64,000 nt of DNA from NCBI GenBank assembly GCA_963724765.1, contig CAVRVY010000004.1:704001-768000 (forward strand). The letters are read 5' to 3'. Source of the stretch: an uncultured delta proteobacterium. Lineage in GTDB: Bacteria; Desulfobacterota; Binatia; Binatales; Binataceae. The position numbers and the translations under genes are program-made. Below, piece after piece: positions 36,768 through 46,653 of this stretch (its first letter is position 1; each line of letters begins with the position of its first letter). Below the pieces are notes generated by a model. That model saw nothing but the letters and a program-made list of their open reading frames with translations, did no database searches and was not told the DNA's origin.

Positions 36768-36783
36768 AGCAAGCAATATGCCA
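36768..36783 (-). promoter_or_regulatory. Putative sigma-54 promoter
   Basis: Minus strand TGGCATATTGCTTGCT. Confidence 0.8.
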
Positions 36784-37108
36784 ATCATTGAAGAAGAGTC
36801 GCGGGGATAGCAGATCGACGCGACTGCCCTCTATAGCTGCGAATTTAGCGACCTTACACCGAGAGCGAGACGGACGCATGCCTGTCACCGTCTTGCCGCG
36901 AGAAGGCTCTCTTTGGGAACTTTTCTAATGTTTTAGTGTTTAATGGAATAATCGGGGGGTGAGTTCTTCAAACTTCTTCCTGCTTTTGCACCGAGCCCGC
37001 CCCTCCAAGAGGAATCACCGAATAACTTCCGGCCGGGATCGAGAGTAACTTCCGGCCCGGATCGAAAAGTCTTGAGCAGCTCGCTGTACATTATTGCAAT
37101 TAGCCGCT

Positions 37109-38980
37109 TCACTGCCGTTTGCGCAGATACCAGGGCACATTGACGATCACGATTCGGTGCGCACCCTGCAGCAGTAAACGAGCCGCGAGAATTCGGGCGC
37201 GCTGGTTGTGAAGGAAGTATTGGTACCACTGTCGCTCGACGAGCTCTGGCAGCAGCACCGCGACCGTGCGACCCGGATTGCTCCGCTCGACCTTCAGGAC
37301 ATGATCGAGAATCGGCTGCACCACGAATCGAAAGGGCGACTTGAGCACCGTAAGTCGCGGGATCGGCTGTCGCGCCTCAGACGCCGGCTGTTCCACGCAC
37401 GATGGCCAAATCTGTTTGAGCGAGTCTGCACTGTCTTCGCTTTCGATATGTAGCACCTCGACCTCGCGCGACAGCGTAATCGCGAACCGCAGGGCGTTCT
37501 CTGCGATTGAATTCCACTCAAGAATCGGCACTATCACGAGCGGTTCCTGCAAACCCTTGAGCTGCAGGTCGCCGGGCCTGCTTTCTCTTTCGATTCTTCG
37601 ATAGTGACGCCGGACCGCGAGCATCAACGCCACCATCGACGGCACCAGCAGCACTACGATCCAGGCCCCGGCCATGAACTTGACGACGGCAACCACCACT
37701 ACCGTGACGGCGGTGGCGGATGCACCCAGCGCGTTTACTGCCATGCTGCCGAGCGCACCGCGCTCGTGGCTCTTGCGCCAGTGCGCGACCATCCCGCTCT
37801 GCGACAAGGTAAAAGCCAGAAATGCTCCGACCGCGAACAGCGGAATCAACCGGTCGGTGACCCCGTCGAACACGAGCAGCAAAATCCCGGAAAGGAGGGC
37901 GAGCAGCCAGATACCCTCCGAATAGACCAGCCGCCGGCCCTGGTTCGTGAACGAGTAGGGCAGATAGCCGTCCTCGGCGACCGCGCGGCAAAGTCTCGGA
38001 AAATCGGCAAACGAAGTATTCGCGGACAGACACAGCACCAGCAGAATCGAAACGATGCTGACCCAGTAAAAGATTCCCCGCCCGGCGACCGCCCCAATCA
38101 ATTCAGACAACACGCTCTGGTATTGCGGTGTTCCAGGGTCGGTCGCGCCGATGTGGTAGGCGCGCGCGAGGTATGCGATGCCGAGCAGCAGAATCATCAG
38201 GATCACAATGATCATTGTGAGGGAGCGGCGTGCGGCCTGTACCACCGGCTCGCGAAACGCCTGAACGCCGTTGCTCACCGCCTCGACGCCCGTCATCGCC
38301 GTACAGCCGCTCGCGAACGCGCGCAACAGTATCCACGCGCTTACGCCCTCGGCCGCCTTGGCGAGATGCGCCGGGGCGAGCACGGGCTGCGGATGCCCGC
38401 CCGAGGAAATCGTCGCGAACACGCCCCACACCACAGTCGCGCCGAGGCTCAGCGTGAAGATGCAGGTAGGCAGCATGAACAGCGCGCCGGCCTCGCCGAT
38501 TCCGCGCATATTGACGAAGGTCAACAGAATCAGAATGCCAAGGCATAGCGGAAGCGTGTAAGGCTGAAGACCTGGGACGGCCGAAATCAGCGCGCCGACC
38601 CCGGCGGAAATTCCGACCGCGACATTCAGCACATAGTCTGTCATCAGGGCCGCGGCGGCCAGCAAACCGGCATTCGCGCCAAGATTTTCGCGTGCGACCG
38701 TATAGGAGCCGCCGCCTTTCGGATATGCCGCGATGGTCTGACGGTAACTGATGTAGACGACGCCGAGCAAAATGACGATCGCCGCAGTGATCGGAAAGAT
38801 GAACGTCAATCCCGCCGAGCCAAGCGGCAGCAGTACGGTCAGTGCCGCCTCGGGACCATATGCGGCGGAACTGAGTGCATCGAGTCCGAAGGTCGGCACG
38901 CCGGCGGCCGAACCGATGCGTTGCGCGCCCGCTTCCCTGGAGGCGAGCGGGCGGCCAAGAATCGTATTGATCAGTGACAT
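37109..38980 (-). CDS. APC-family transporter, KimA/YdaO-like (probable K+ uptake)
   Basis: DALSSAAYG, SYRQTIAAYP.GGGSY, DYVL, TGVEAVSNGV, cytoplasmic C-domain SPFR..LHNQ. Confidence 0.85.
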   Translation of the reverse strand: MSLINTILGRPLASREAGAQRIGSAAGVPTFGLDALSSAAYGPEAALTVLLPLGSAGLTFIFPITAAIVILLGVVYISYRQTIAAYPKGGGSYTVARENLGANAGLLAAAALMTDYVLNVAVGISAGVGALISAVPGLQPYTLPLCLGILILLTFVNMRGIGEAGALFMLPTCIFTLSLGATVVWGVFATISSGGHPQPVLAPAHLAKAAEGVSAWILLRAFASGCTAMTGVEAVSNGVQAFREPVVQAARRSLTMIIVILMILLLGIAYLARAYHIGATDPGTPQYQSVLSELIGAVAGRGIFYWVSIVSILLVLCLSANTSFADFPRLCRAVAEDGYLPYSFTNQGRRLVYSEGIWLLALLSGILLLVFDGVTDRLIPLFAVGAFLAFTLSQSGMVAHWRKSHERGALGSMAVNALGASATAVTVVVVAVVKFMAGAWIVVLLVPSMVALMLAVRRHYRRIERESRPGDLQLKGLQEPLVIVPILEWNSIAENALRFAITLSREVEVLHIESEDSADSLKQIWPSCVEQPASEARQPIPRLTVLKSPFRFVVQPILDHVLKVERSNPGRTVAVLLPELVERQWYQYFLHNQRARILAARLLLQGAHRIVIVNVPWYLRKRQ

Positions 38981-39314
38981 TTTGCAGTCGTGGGTTTCGC
39001 GGGGTGATGCTCGATTTATTTTATACTAACCGAACCTTTCTACAACGCAGCTGCGTTCAGAATTATGAGTCCACCAGGAGGACACACGTGCGTGGCTCTA
39101 CGAGAATCTAAGCGACCCTGCTGGCCCCGCAATTGCTGTACTAAGGTGCCTGATACATGGCCGCGTAACAATTACATCAGGCGGAATGACAAAATGAACT
39201 GATGATCGAATTCGCGGGAATTTAAAACAAGTTGGCGGTGCGTTTAATTCCACCATTGCTCGACTGCTGCAAATCGCAGCGCCTAAACAACCGGCGTCGC
39301 ATGCACAATAAAGG

Positions 39315-39330
39315 CGGCGCAATACTTGAA
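39315..39330 (+). promoter_or_regulatory. Possible sigma-54 promoter (-12 GA variant)
   Basis: CGGCGCAATACTTGAA upstream of the cls-like gene. Confidence 0.35.
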
Positions 39331-39359
39331 AGTGGCACTAGATCCACCCGGACCGGAAT

Positions 39360-40789
39360 ATGAGTCGTCACCGGCGCTTAAAGCCCGCTGCGCCTGTGCA
39401 TATGACCGGGATAACAAAGGTGGTGCGCGCCTTGATCGTACTAGTTGGCCTGGTAGCGCCATTCGGCTGCGGCACGATCCCGAACGCGCAAGCGCTGCTC
39501 ATTTCGAAGGTTCTTTACCTCGAGAATCCCGAATTCACGGGACCCCGCGGTCCACTGACCCAGGAACAGGGACATCGGATCATTCAGCGCCTTGAGGAAC
39601 GCCAGAAGACGCAGAGCGATATTCTGCAACGCCATCTCGCCTTCGAACAGGCACTCAGCGATATTCCGCTCGTAATCGGCAACAAGGTAACCCTCCTGGA
39701 AAACAGCGCCGCGACATATCGCGCGATGCTGGCGGCGATTCGCGATGCCCATGACAGCATCAATATCGACATGTACACATTTTCCGACGGCCCGGTCGGA
39801 CAAATGTTCGCCGACGCGCTAATCGAGCGGCAGCGCCATGGGGTTCAGGTGAATCTCATGTACGACAGTCTCGGCTCATTCCTAACGTCGGACGCCTTCT
39901 TCGACCGCCTGCGGCACAATGGAGTCGCAGTGCTGCAGTATCGTCCGGTGAACCCATTTGAGGCGGGGCTACATTGGTCGTTTAGCCATCGGAACCATCG
40001 CAAGATGCTCATCGTTGACGGTCGCATAGCCTTCACCGGAGGCATCAATATCTCCGAGGTTTACGCCAGCGGTCTGGGCAACCGGGAGAAAAGCGCGCCA
40101 CTGGAATATTGGCGCGACACCGAGTCGAGCTCGGGGGCCCGGTGGTGGCGGAATTTCAGCGGCTATTCATCAGCGAATGGTACTATCAGAAAGGTCCCCC
40201 GCTCAGTCAACGCAACTACTTTCCACAGTTGAACGCGCAGGGGGACCAGATTGTGCGAATGATCGCCAGCGTGCCGGAACGATTCAGCTTGATTTATGTA
40301 AGTTTAATTTCAGCGATAGTTAATTCCGAAACGAATATATATATCACTGACGCCTATTTCGCACCGGATCGACAAATGCTGCACGCGCTCGAGAACGCCG
40401 CGCGACGCGGTGTTGACGTGCGGCTGATGCTTCCGAGCCAAAGCGACGTTCCAATGATCGTATCGGCCGAGCGTTCCGATTATCAGGCATTGCTCAACGC
40501 TGGCATCAAGATCTACGAATGGCGGGGTGAGATGTTACATGCGAAGACTGCGACAATCGATGGCGTGTGGTCAACGGTCGGCACATCGAATCTCGATTGG
40601 TGGAGTATTGCGCGCGATAACGAGGTGAACGCGATCATCCTCAGCCATTCATTCGGCGACGAAATGAATCGGATGTTCAGAAGTGATATGGAGAACTCCA
40701 GGCAAATCGACCCCGCTCAGTGGAAACGTCGAGGACTGTGCGAGCGCCTTGATGAAACGGCCGCGCGGATGATCGAACCGTTGCTGTGA
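39360..40789 (+). pseudogene. cls: Cardiolipin synthase / phospholipase D family, frameshift near 40124
   Basis: First HKD (NHRKMLIVDG) in ORF 39360-40232, second HKD (LHAKTATIDG) in ORF 40109-40789; join at WRDT/VELGGP. Confidence 0.88.
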
Positions 40790-40887
40790 TTGGCCAACGG
40801 CCAGGAAAAGAACGGACCGCATTAACGCCTCCACGTCAGGTTCGTCCAACTTATCGAGCATCACTTAGAGCGCGAGTTGTGCGACTC

Positions 40888-42750
40888 TCAAGCGCCGTCG
40901 GTGTGTCTGCGCACCGTGACAAGAGTTTCCAAAATCGTGGAAAGCTCCACCGGATCCACCGGCTTGATCGCGTGGGTGTCAAAGCCGGCCATCAAAATTT
41001 GAACCTTATCCTCGACACGGCCGTAAGCGGTCAGCGCAACCAGGGGCAAGCGGCCATCCCTGCCTGTATGCTTCTCCCATTTGCGTAGTTCCCGAGCCAG
41101 AAAGTAACCATCCCGCACCGGCATCCCTATATCCGAAATGACAGCGTCGGGATGCAACGTCTCCAGCATCGCCAGCGCCGCTTGCGCCGAAGTCGCCGCG
41201 GCCACGCTTGCTCCTAACGAGCCGAGAAGATTCTTCAATGCATCGCAGGCGCCAGGATCGTCATCGACAACGAGAATAGAGAGCCCGTCAAGTCGCGGCG
41301 CGCTGGCCGGGTTCGCTGTCTGAGTCACGGTCGGATGACGACGGGGCGGCGAGGAAGGGATAGGACTGACGGGTAGCGGAAGTCTCACCGTAAATGTGCT
41401 CCCCTTGTCGGACCCCTCGCTGTGCGCCGTAACCGTGCCTCCGTGTAGGCTCGTGATCTCCTTGACTATCGACAAGCCAAGACCGACTCCGTGTTTGCTT
41501 TGACCTGAGCCATCCGCCTGCCAAAAGCGATCGAATACGGAACTCAGGACGGCGGGTTCGATACCCTGTCCCGTGTCGGCCACGATGATTTCGACATGCG
41601 AGTTTATCCGCTCCACGCGGACCTGAATTTTGCCGCCCTTTGGAGTGAACTTGACGGCATTGGAGACCAGGTTCCAGATCACCTGCTGAAGGCGCCCGGG
41701 ATCGCCGGCGATGGAGTCGACGCGCGGATCAATAATCTCTTGCAGCGTGAGGGATTTGGCCTCAGCCGCGACCCGGATGCTTTCGACTCCTGCTCTCACC
41801 ACTTCGGCGAGATCGACCGTCTGAACGTCGAGGCGCATCCGTCCGCTTTCTATCCGGGAAATGTCGAGCAGGTCTTCGATCAATCGAGCTTGAGCTCTGA
41901 CCGCCCGCTCGATGGCGGTCATTCCTCGGCGCGCGTTTTCGCCGAGCGCGGGGTCCCGAAGTAAGGCTGCGGACCAGAGCATTATCGAATTTAGCGGGGT
42001 CCTCAATTCGTGAGATACAGTCCCGATGAAATTGTCCTTGGCTCGACTCGCCTTCTCTGCCTTGTCGCTCGCCTCTTCTGCTTCGCGCCTCGCGCTTTCT
42101 GCGGTATTCAACGCCTGACTAAGCTGCTCGGTCGCCAGTTGAATCTCACGCCAACCCCAATAGCTCAAAAAGACCATCACGACAGCGGTCAGAAGAGGGA
42201 TCAGCCCAAAAACCACGTCGTACTCGGCCTTTTGGTGTGCGACTCTTCGGCTACGAAGCTGACGCTCAACGGCGATGAAATTTTCGAGCGATTTGAGTAC
42301 TGCCTCGGCTCGGATTTGTGTCTCCGCAAGGGCCTCTTTAGTGAATTGCCCGCCGGCTCTTTGAATTATCAGGGAATCTATCGCCTTGGTCCATGTTCCC
42401 TTCAGATCGTAGATCTCACGGACGCGCTGCTCCTGGGCTGGGTTGTCGGCGACCAAAGCCGCAACTGTGGTGATATTTTTTCCAAGCGCGTCGCGAGCGT
42501 CGCTAAGCTCAGTCAGGGATGCCTTATCGGACGTCAACAGGTACCCGCGAAGGGCTGCCTGCATTTCGCGCAATTCAAGTTCGGCGTCCTTGATGCGCAG
42601 GATTACCTGATCGCTATGTTCTATCCAGCCAGTAATCGAGGCTTGGTTCTGGAAACGCGAAAGCACGATAGCTGCCAGTGCGGACAGCGCGATGATGAAC
42701 GGGACAAAATAGCTGACGGCAAGATTCCGTTTAAACGCGCGATAGGGCAA
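40888..42750 (-). CDS. CHASE3 membrane hybrid histidine kinase
   Basis: TM-CHASE3 (RGYLLT..NPAQ)-TM, SHELRTPL, HATPase, REC. Confidence 0.92.
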   Translation of the reverse strand: MPYRAFKRNLAVSYFVPFIIALSALAAIVLSRFQNQASITGWIEHSDQVILRIKDAELELREMQAALRGYLLTSDKASLTELSDARDALGKNITTVAALVADNPAQEQRVREIYDLKGTWTKAIDSLIIQRAGGQFTKEALAETQIRAEAVLKSLENFIAVERQLRSRRVAHQKAEYDVVFGLIPLLTAVVMVFLSYWGWREIQLATEQLSQALNTAESARREAEEASDKAEKASRAKDNFIGTVSHELRTPLNSIMLWSAALLRDPALGENARRGMTAIERAVRAQARLIEDLLDISRIESGRMRLDVQTVDLAEVVRAGVESIRVAAEAKSLTLQEIIDPRVDSIAGDPGRLQQVIWNLVSNAVKFTPKGGKIQVRVERINSHVEIIVADTGQGIEPAVLSSVFDRFWQADGSGQSKHGVGLGLSIVKEITSLHGGTVTAHSEGSDKGSTFTVRLPLPVSPIPSSPPRRHPTVTQTANPASAPRLDGLSILVVDDDPGACDALKNLLGSLGASVAAATSAQAALAMLETLHPDAVISDIGMPVRDGYFLARELRKWEKHTGRDGRLPLVALTAYGRVEDKVQILMAGFDTHAIKPVDPVELSTILETLVTVRRHTDGA

Positions 42751-43033
42751 TTGACGATCCTTGCGATGCAGTCTTCTTTCCGGCGTGAAACCTGTCCGCG
42801 CAATAACGCCGCAGGCAACCCCTGGACGGTTACCTCCGCCGGCCCCTGCGCGTAGCAGCTACCACAACATAAAATCGAGAGTCGCACCACATTTACTCGG
42901 TGCAACCGCGTGGATGCTCTCTTATGACGCGCAGTTCAGGTCGAGCGCGAAAATTTTAGCTCAGACGAACGGGTAACGGACAATCGCGATTCGGGCGCCG
43001 CGAACGGCAGGCCGATCTGCGCATTCGAGAGTC

Positions 43034-43660
43034 TCAATGAGCGGGCGACGAGCCGCACGGCAGTTGATGGACCGCCGCGTATCGGTAGGTGCGGCCATTC
43101 CAATCGAAGGTCCCAGTGTTCTGTCCGAAATTCTGGTTGAGAGCGTCGACCTCCGCATGCTCCGTCGGATTGCGAACCTCGGTCGGCGCGTAGGCAAGGT
43201 AAGTGATCGACCTCGGAACCAGCTCGTTTTGAAGGGGCGGCTGGAAGTTCATCGTGGTGAAGTTGCCCGCCAGCCTCCAGCCATTGTTCTCCGACTGGCT
43301 CACAATGGCGGTCACATGCGGGTCGGACTGCGGGCCTATCGGCGTCATTGGCCGATACAGAGTGGTGCCCAGTTTGTCGGTTCGAAGCTCAATCAGCGGC
43401 GGCAGCTGACGACCTCCCGTGTCGCAAATTTCATCGTCCTGCGCAGTTGCTCCTTTGGATTTCGTGGCGGAGGCGACACCCGAGCCAGCCGCTCGTACCA
43501 ACTGCACCGCCACCGGCGCCAGCGCGAACGCGGCCATAAAGCATCCGCCAGTGCCCGTTCCCAACGCGGCCAACCCGCAAAACAGGGCGACCTTCGTAAC
43601 CAGCGATCTGCCATGGAAACCGCAATGGCCGCCACGGAACGTCTGGCGAGATGGATTCAA
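43034..43660 (-). CDS. Hypothetical exported protein / possible lipoprotein
   Basis: Hydrophobic N-region ending GG-C; sigma-54 motif upstream. Confidence 0.55.
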   Translation of the reverse strand: MNPSRQTFRGGHCGFHGRSLVTKVALFCGLAALGTGTGGCFMAAFALAPVAVQLVRAAGSGVASATKSKGATAQDDEICDTGGRQLPPLIELRTDKLGTTLYRPMTPIGPQSDPHVTAIVSQSENNGWRLAGNFTTMNFQPPLQNELVPRSITYLAYAPTEVRNPTEHAEVDALNQNFGQNTGTFDWNGRTYRYAAVHQLPCGSSPAH

Positions 43661-43731
43661 ATGGATGTCGTCCGTTTCGCTGTGTCAAATCCGACGACAG
43701 CTTGGCAAACTGTCGAGCCAGTTGTTCGCAG

Positions 43732-43747
43732 AGCAAGGAGCGTACCA
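43732..43747 (-). promoter_or_regulatory. Putative sigma-54 promoter
   Basis: Minus strand TGGTACGCTCCTTGCT. Confidence 0.7.
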
Positions 43748-44036
43748 CATTACGGAAGACCCCCAATCGCGAGGTCGCTGCCTGTGACGAACCGCTATAC
43801 TTGACGAAATTTCCAAGATCCGAGCCGTATCTCAACGCCCGGATAATCCGTTCTCGAAACTTGAAGTAAGTTTTCCAAATCTGTTCGCGCCGACGGGTAT
43901 AAATGACCGGGCGTTTTTCTTAGCCACGGGGCGTTCAGAATCTCCACTTTGGCTGGCGCTCCGCGCTTTGGCGCCTTACCAAGCTGGACTTGGGCAATTC
44001 GCGAACCTGACCACCCGCGCCATCACCTTTCTCTTT

Positions 44037-45722
44037 TTATGATCGCGGCCCGCCGAGCCCGCCACCGCCAGTTGGCGGCGGGCCCGTAAGAGCCGCACTC
44101 ACGATCGTCTGAGCCTCCTCCACAATGCGACTCAGATGCTCCGCGCTCCGAAAGCTTTCCGCATAAATCTTGTAGATTTCCTCCGTCCCGGACGGACGCG
44201 CCGCAAACCATCCGCTTTCCGCAATCACCTTCATGCCGCCAATGGATGCACCGTTGCCCGGCGCGCGGGTGAGGATGGCGTGGATTTTTTCGCCAGCCAG
44301 GTCTGCGGACCGCACCTGCTGCGGCGAAAGTCTCCCCAGCATTTCCTTCTGCGCTGCGGTGGCCGGCGCTTCAACCCGATCGTAAAACGGCTCACCAAAC
44401 TCGCGCGTCAGTTCGCGATAGATCTCTCCGGGATCGCGGTTCATCCGCGCCGTGATCTCCGCCGCCAGCAAAGCCGGGACGATTCCATCCTTGTCCGTCG
44501 TCCAGACGCTGCCATCAACACGGATGAAAGAAGCCCCCGCGCTCTCCTCGCCGCCAAAGCCAAGCGAACCATCGCCCAGGCCATCCACAAACCACTTGAA
44601 GCCGACAGGTACCTCGTAGAGCTTGCGGCCAAGCTTCGCAGTGACCCTATCGATCATCGCGCTGCTTACCACCGTCTTACCAACTGCCGCCGACTTGCCC
44701 CACTTCGGCCGGTGTTGGAAGAGGTAGAAGATGGCGACAGAAAGGTAATGATTGGGCGCCAACAAACCCGCGCTCCGCGTGACTATTCCGTGGCGGTCAT
44801 GATCCGTATCGCAAGCGAAGGCAATCTCGAAGCGATCTTTAAGGCCGATCAGCCGCCGCATGGCGTAGGGCGACGAAGGGTCCATGCGAATCTGACCGTC
44901 CCAATCAAGCGTCATGAAACGGAAGGTAGGATCGACGGTATCGCTGACGACTGTCAGGTTCAGCCCGTAACGTTCGGCGATGGGTTTCCAGTAATGAACT
45001 CCGGCGCCGCCAAGCGGATCAACCCCGAGGCTGATCTTCGAGCCACGAATCGCTTCCATGTCGATTACGTTGCCGAGATCGCTGACATAGCTATTGAGGT
45101 AATCGTGCCGGTGCGTGGTCGAGGCGTGAAGCGCCCTTTCATAGGGGACTCGCTTCACGCTTTTAAGTCCGGCTTCGAGCAACTCGTTCGCTTTTGCCTC
45201 GATCCAGCCGGTGATACCGGTCTCGGCCGGACCACCGTTCGGCGGGTTGTACTTGAAGCCGCCGTCATGCGGTGGATTGTGCGAGGGTGTGATTACGATG
45301 CCATCGGCGAGCCCGGTCTTGCGCCCGCGATTGTATGTGAGAATCGCGTGTGAGATGGCCGGGGTCGGGGTATATTCATCGCACTGCGCGAGCATCACTT
45401 CCACCCCGTTGGCGGCTAGCACTTCCAGCGCGCTGGCGAGCGCGGGCACGGAGAGCGCGTGCGTGTCCATACCCAGAAACAGTGGGCCGTCGATTTGTTG
45501 CTGCCGGCGATAGAAACAGATCGCCTGGCTGATGGCCAGGATATGCCGTTCGTTGAAAGCCCTTTGGAGTGAAGAACCACGATGGCCGGAGGTGCCGAAG
45601 GCCACACGCTCCGCGGGCACCGAGGGGTCGGGCAGTTCCGCATAGTAAGCCGTGATTAGCCTCGACACGTTAACCAGCAGGGATTGGTCGGGCGGGGTTC
45701 CTGCAAGAGGACTGACTTTCAT
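44037..45722 (-). CDS. pgm: Phosphoglucomutase
   Basis: [34 protein letters not shown]. Confidence 0.97.
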   Translation of the reverse strand: MKVSPLAGTPPDQSLLVNVSRLITAYYAELPDPSVPAERVAFGTSGHRGSSLQRAFNERHILAISQAICFYRRQQQIDGPLFLGMDTHALSVPALASALEVLAANGVEVMLAQCDEYTPTPAISHAILTYNRGRKTGLADGIVITPSHNPPHDGGFKYNPPNGGPAETGITGWIEAKANELLEAGLKSVKRVPYERALHASTTHRHDYLNSYVSDLGNVIDMEAIRGSKISLGVDPLGGAGVHYWKPIAERYGLNLTVVSDTVDPTFRFMTLDWDGQIRMDPSSPYAMRRLIGLKDRFEIAFACDTDHDRHGIVTRSAGLLAPNHYLSVAIFYLFQHRPKWGKSAAVGKTVVSSAMIDRVTAKLGRKLYEVPVGFKWFVDGLGDGSLGFGGEESAGASFIRVDGSVWTTDKDGIVPALLAAEITARMNRDPGEIYRELTREFGEPFYDRVEAPATAAQKEMLGRLSPQQVRSADLAGEKIHAILTRAPGNGASIGGMKVIAESGWFAARPSGTEEIYKIYAESFRSAEHLSRIVEEAQTIVSAALTGPPPTGGGGLGGPRS

Positions 45723-45775
45723 GGTGTTCTGTCCAATCTCCGCAATCGTTCTTTAAACTAAGTTACTCACACGTC

Positions 45776-46623
45776 TTACTTCACGCCCTTTTTCCGAGCC
45801 TTCACCGTCTGGTGATATTTCCTGCGGATGTCGGCAAGGTTCACGGTCGGCTCTGGAAGCTCGACGGCGAATTTGTCCATCGTCTCGACGATAATCTGCG
45901 AGATGGCGAGATCGCGGAACCATTTGTGATCGAAAGGAATCACGAACCACGGCGCATCCTCGGTGCTGCATTTGCCGAGCACGTCGTCGTAGGCCGCGTC
46001 GTAGCTGGCCCAGTATTCTCTCTCCGAATAATCCGCCTCGCTGATTTTCCAGCGCCGCGCGGAATCGTCGAGCCGCTGCTTGAAGCGCCGCAGTTGCTCT
46101 TGCTTGCTGATATGCAGGTAGAATTTCAAAATGTGCGTGCCGCTCGCGGCCAGGCGCCGCTCGAAATCGTTGATCTGTTCGTAGCGCTTCGACCAGACTT
46201 TTTTCGCAACCAGATCTGAACGCGCACCACGAGCACATCCTCGTAGTGTGAGCGATTGAAAATCACCACCTCGCCGCGCCTGGGAGTCTGGTTTTCGATT
46301 CGCCACAAAAAGTCGTGCGCGAGTTCCTCCGCTGACGGCTGCTTGAAGCCGACCACGCGGCAGCCTTGCGGATTCATCGAGCCGATGCCCTGCCGGACGA
46401 CGCCGTCCTTGCCACCGGCGTCGGGAGCCTGAAGACAAATCAGCAGCGAGCTCTTCTGTTCGGCATAGAGCCGAAACTGCGACTCACCCATCCGCTGTCG
46501 GTACTTTTCGATCTTCCGAAGAGCGGATTTTTTGGTTTCGTGCGGGTCTACAAACTGCGAATCGAAGTCTTTGAGACCGACGTGGATTCCAGGCGCGACG
46601 CGAAGTTGCTTGCGGTAGTTCAT
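45776..46623 (-). pseudogene. ppk2: Polyphosphate kinase 2 (class III-like), frameshift near 46215
   Basis: DAGGKDG and FNRSHYEDVLVVRV in one frame; INDFE..KFYLHISK..APWFVIP..KWFR in the next. Confidence 0.88.
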
Positions 46624-46653
46624 GCGCTCTGGACTGGCCGGAATCTTTCCCGA

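Noticed and set aside
38981-39359. c-di-AMP (ydaO) riboswitch expected before a kimA-like gene
   Set aside because: Conserved riboswitch segments not found by eye.
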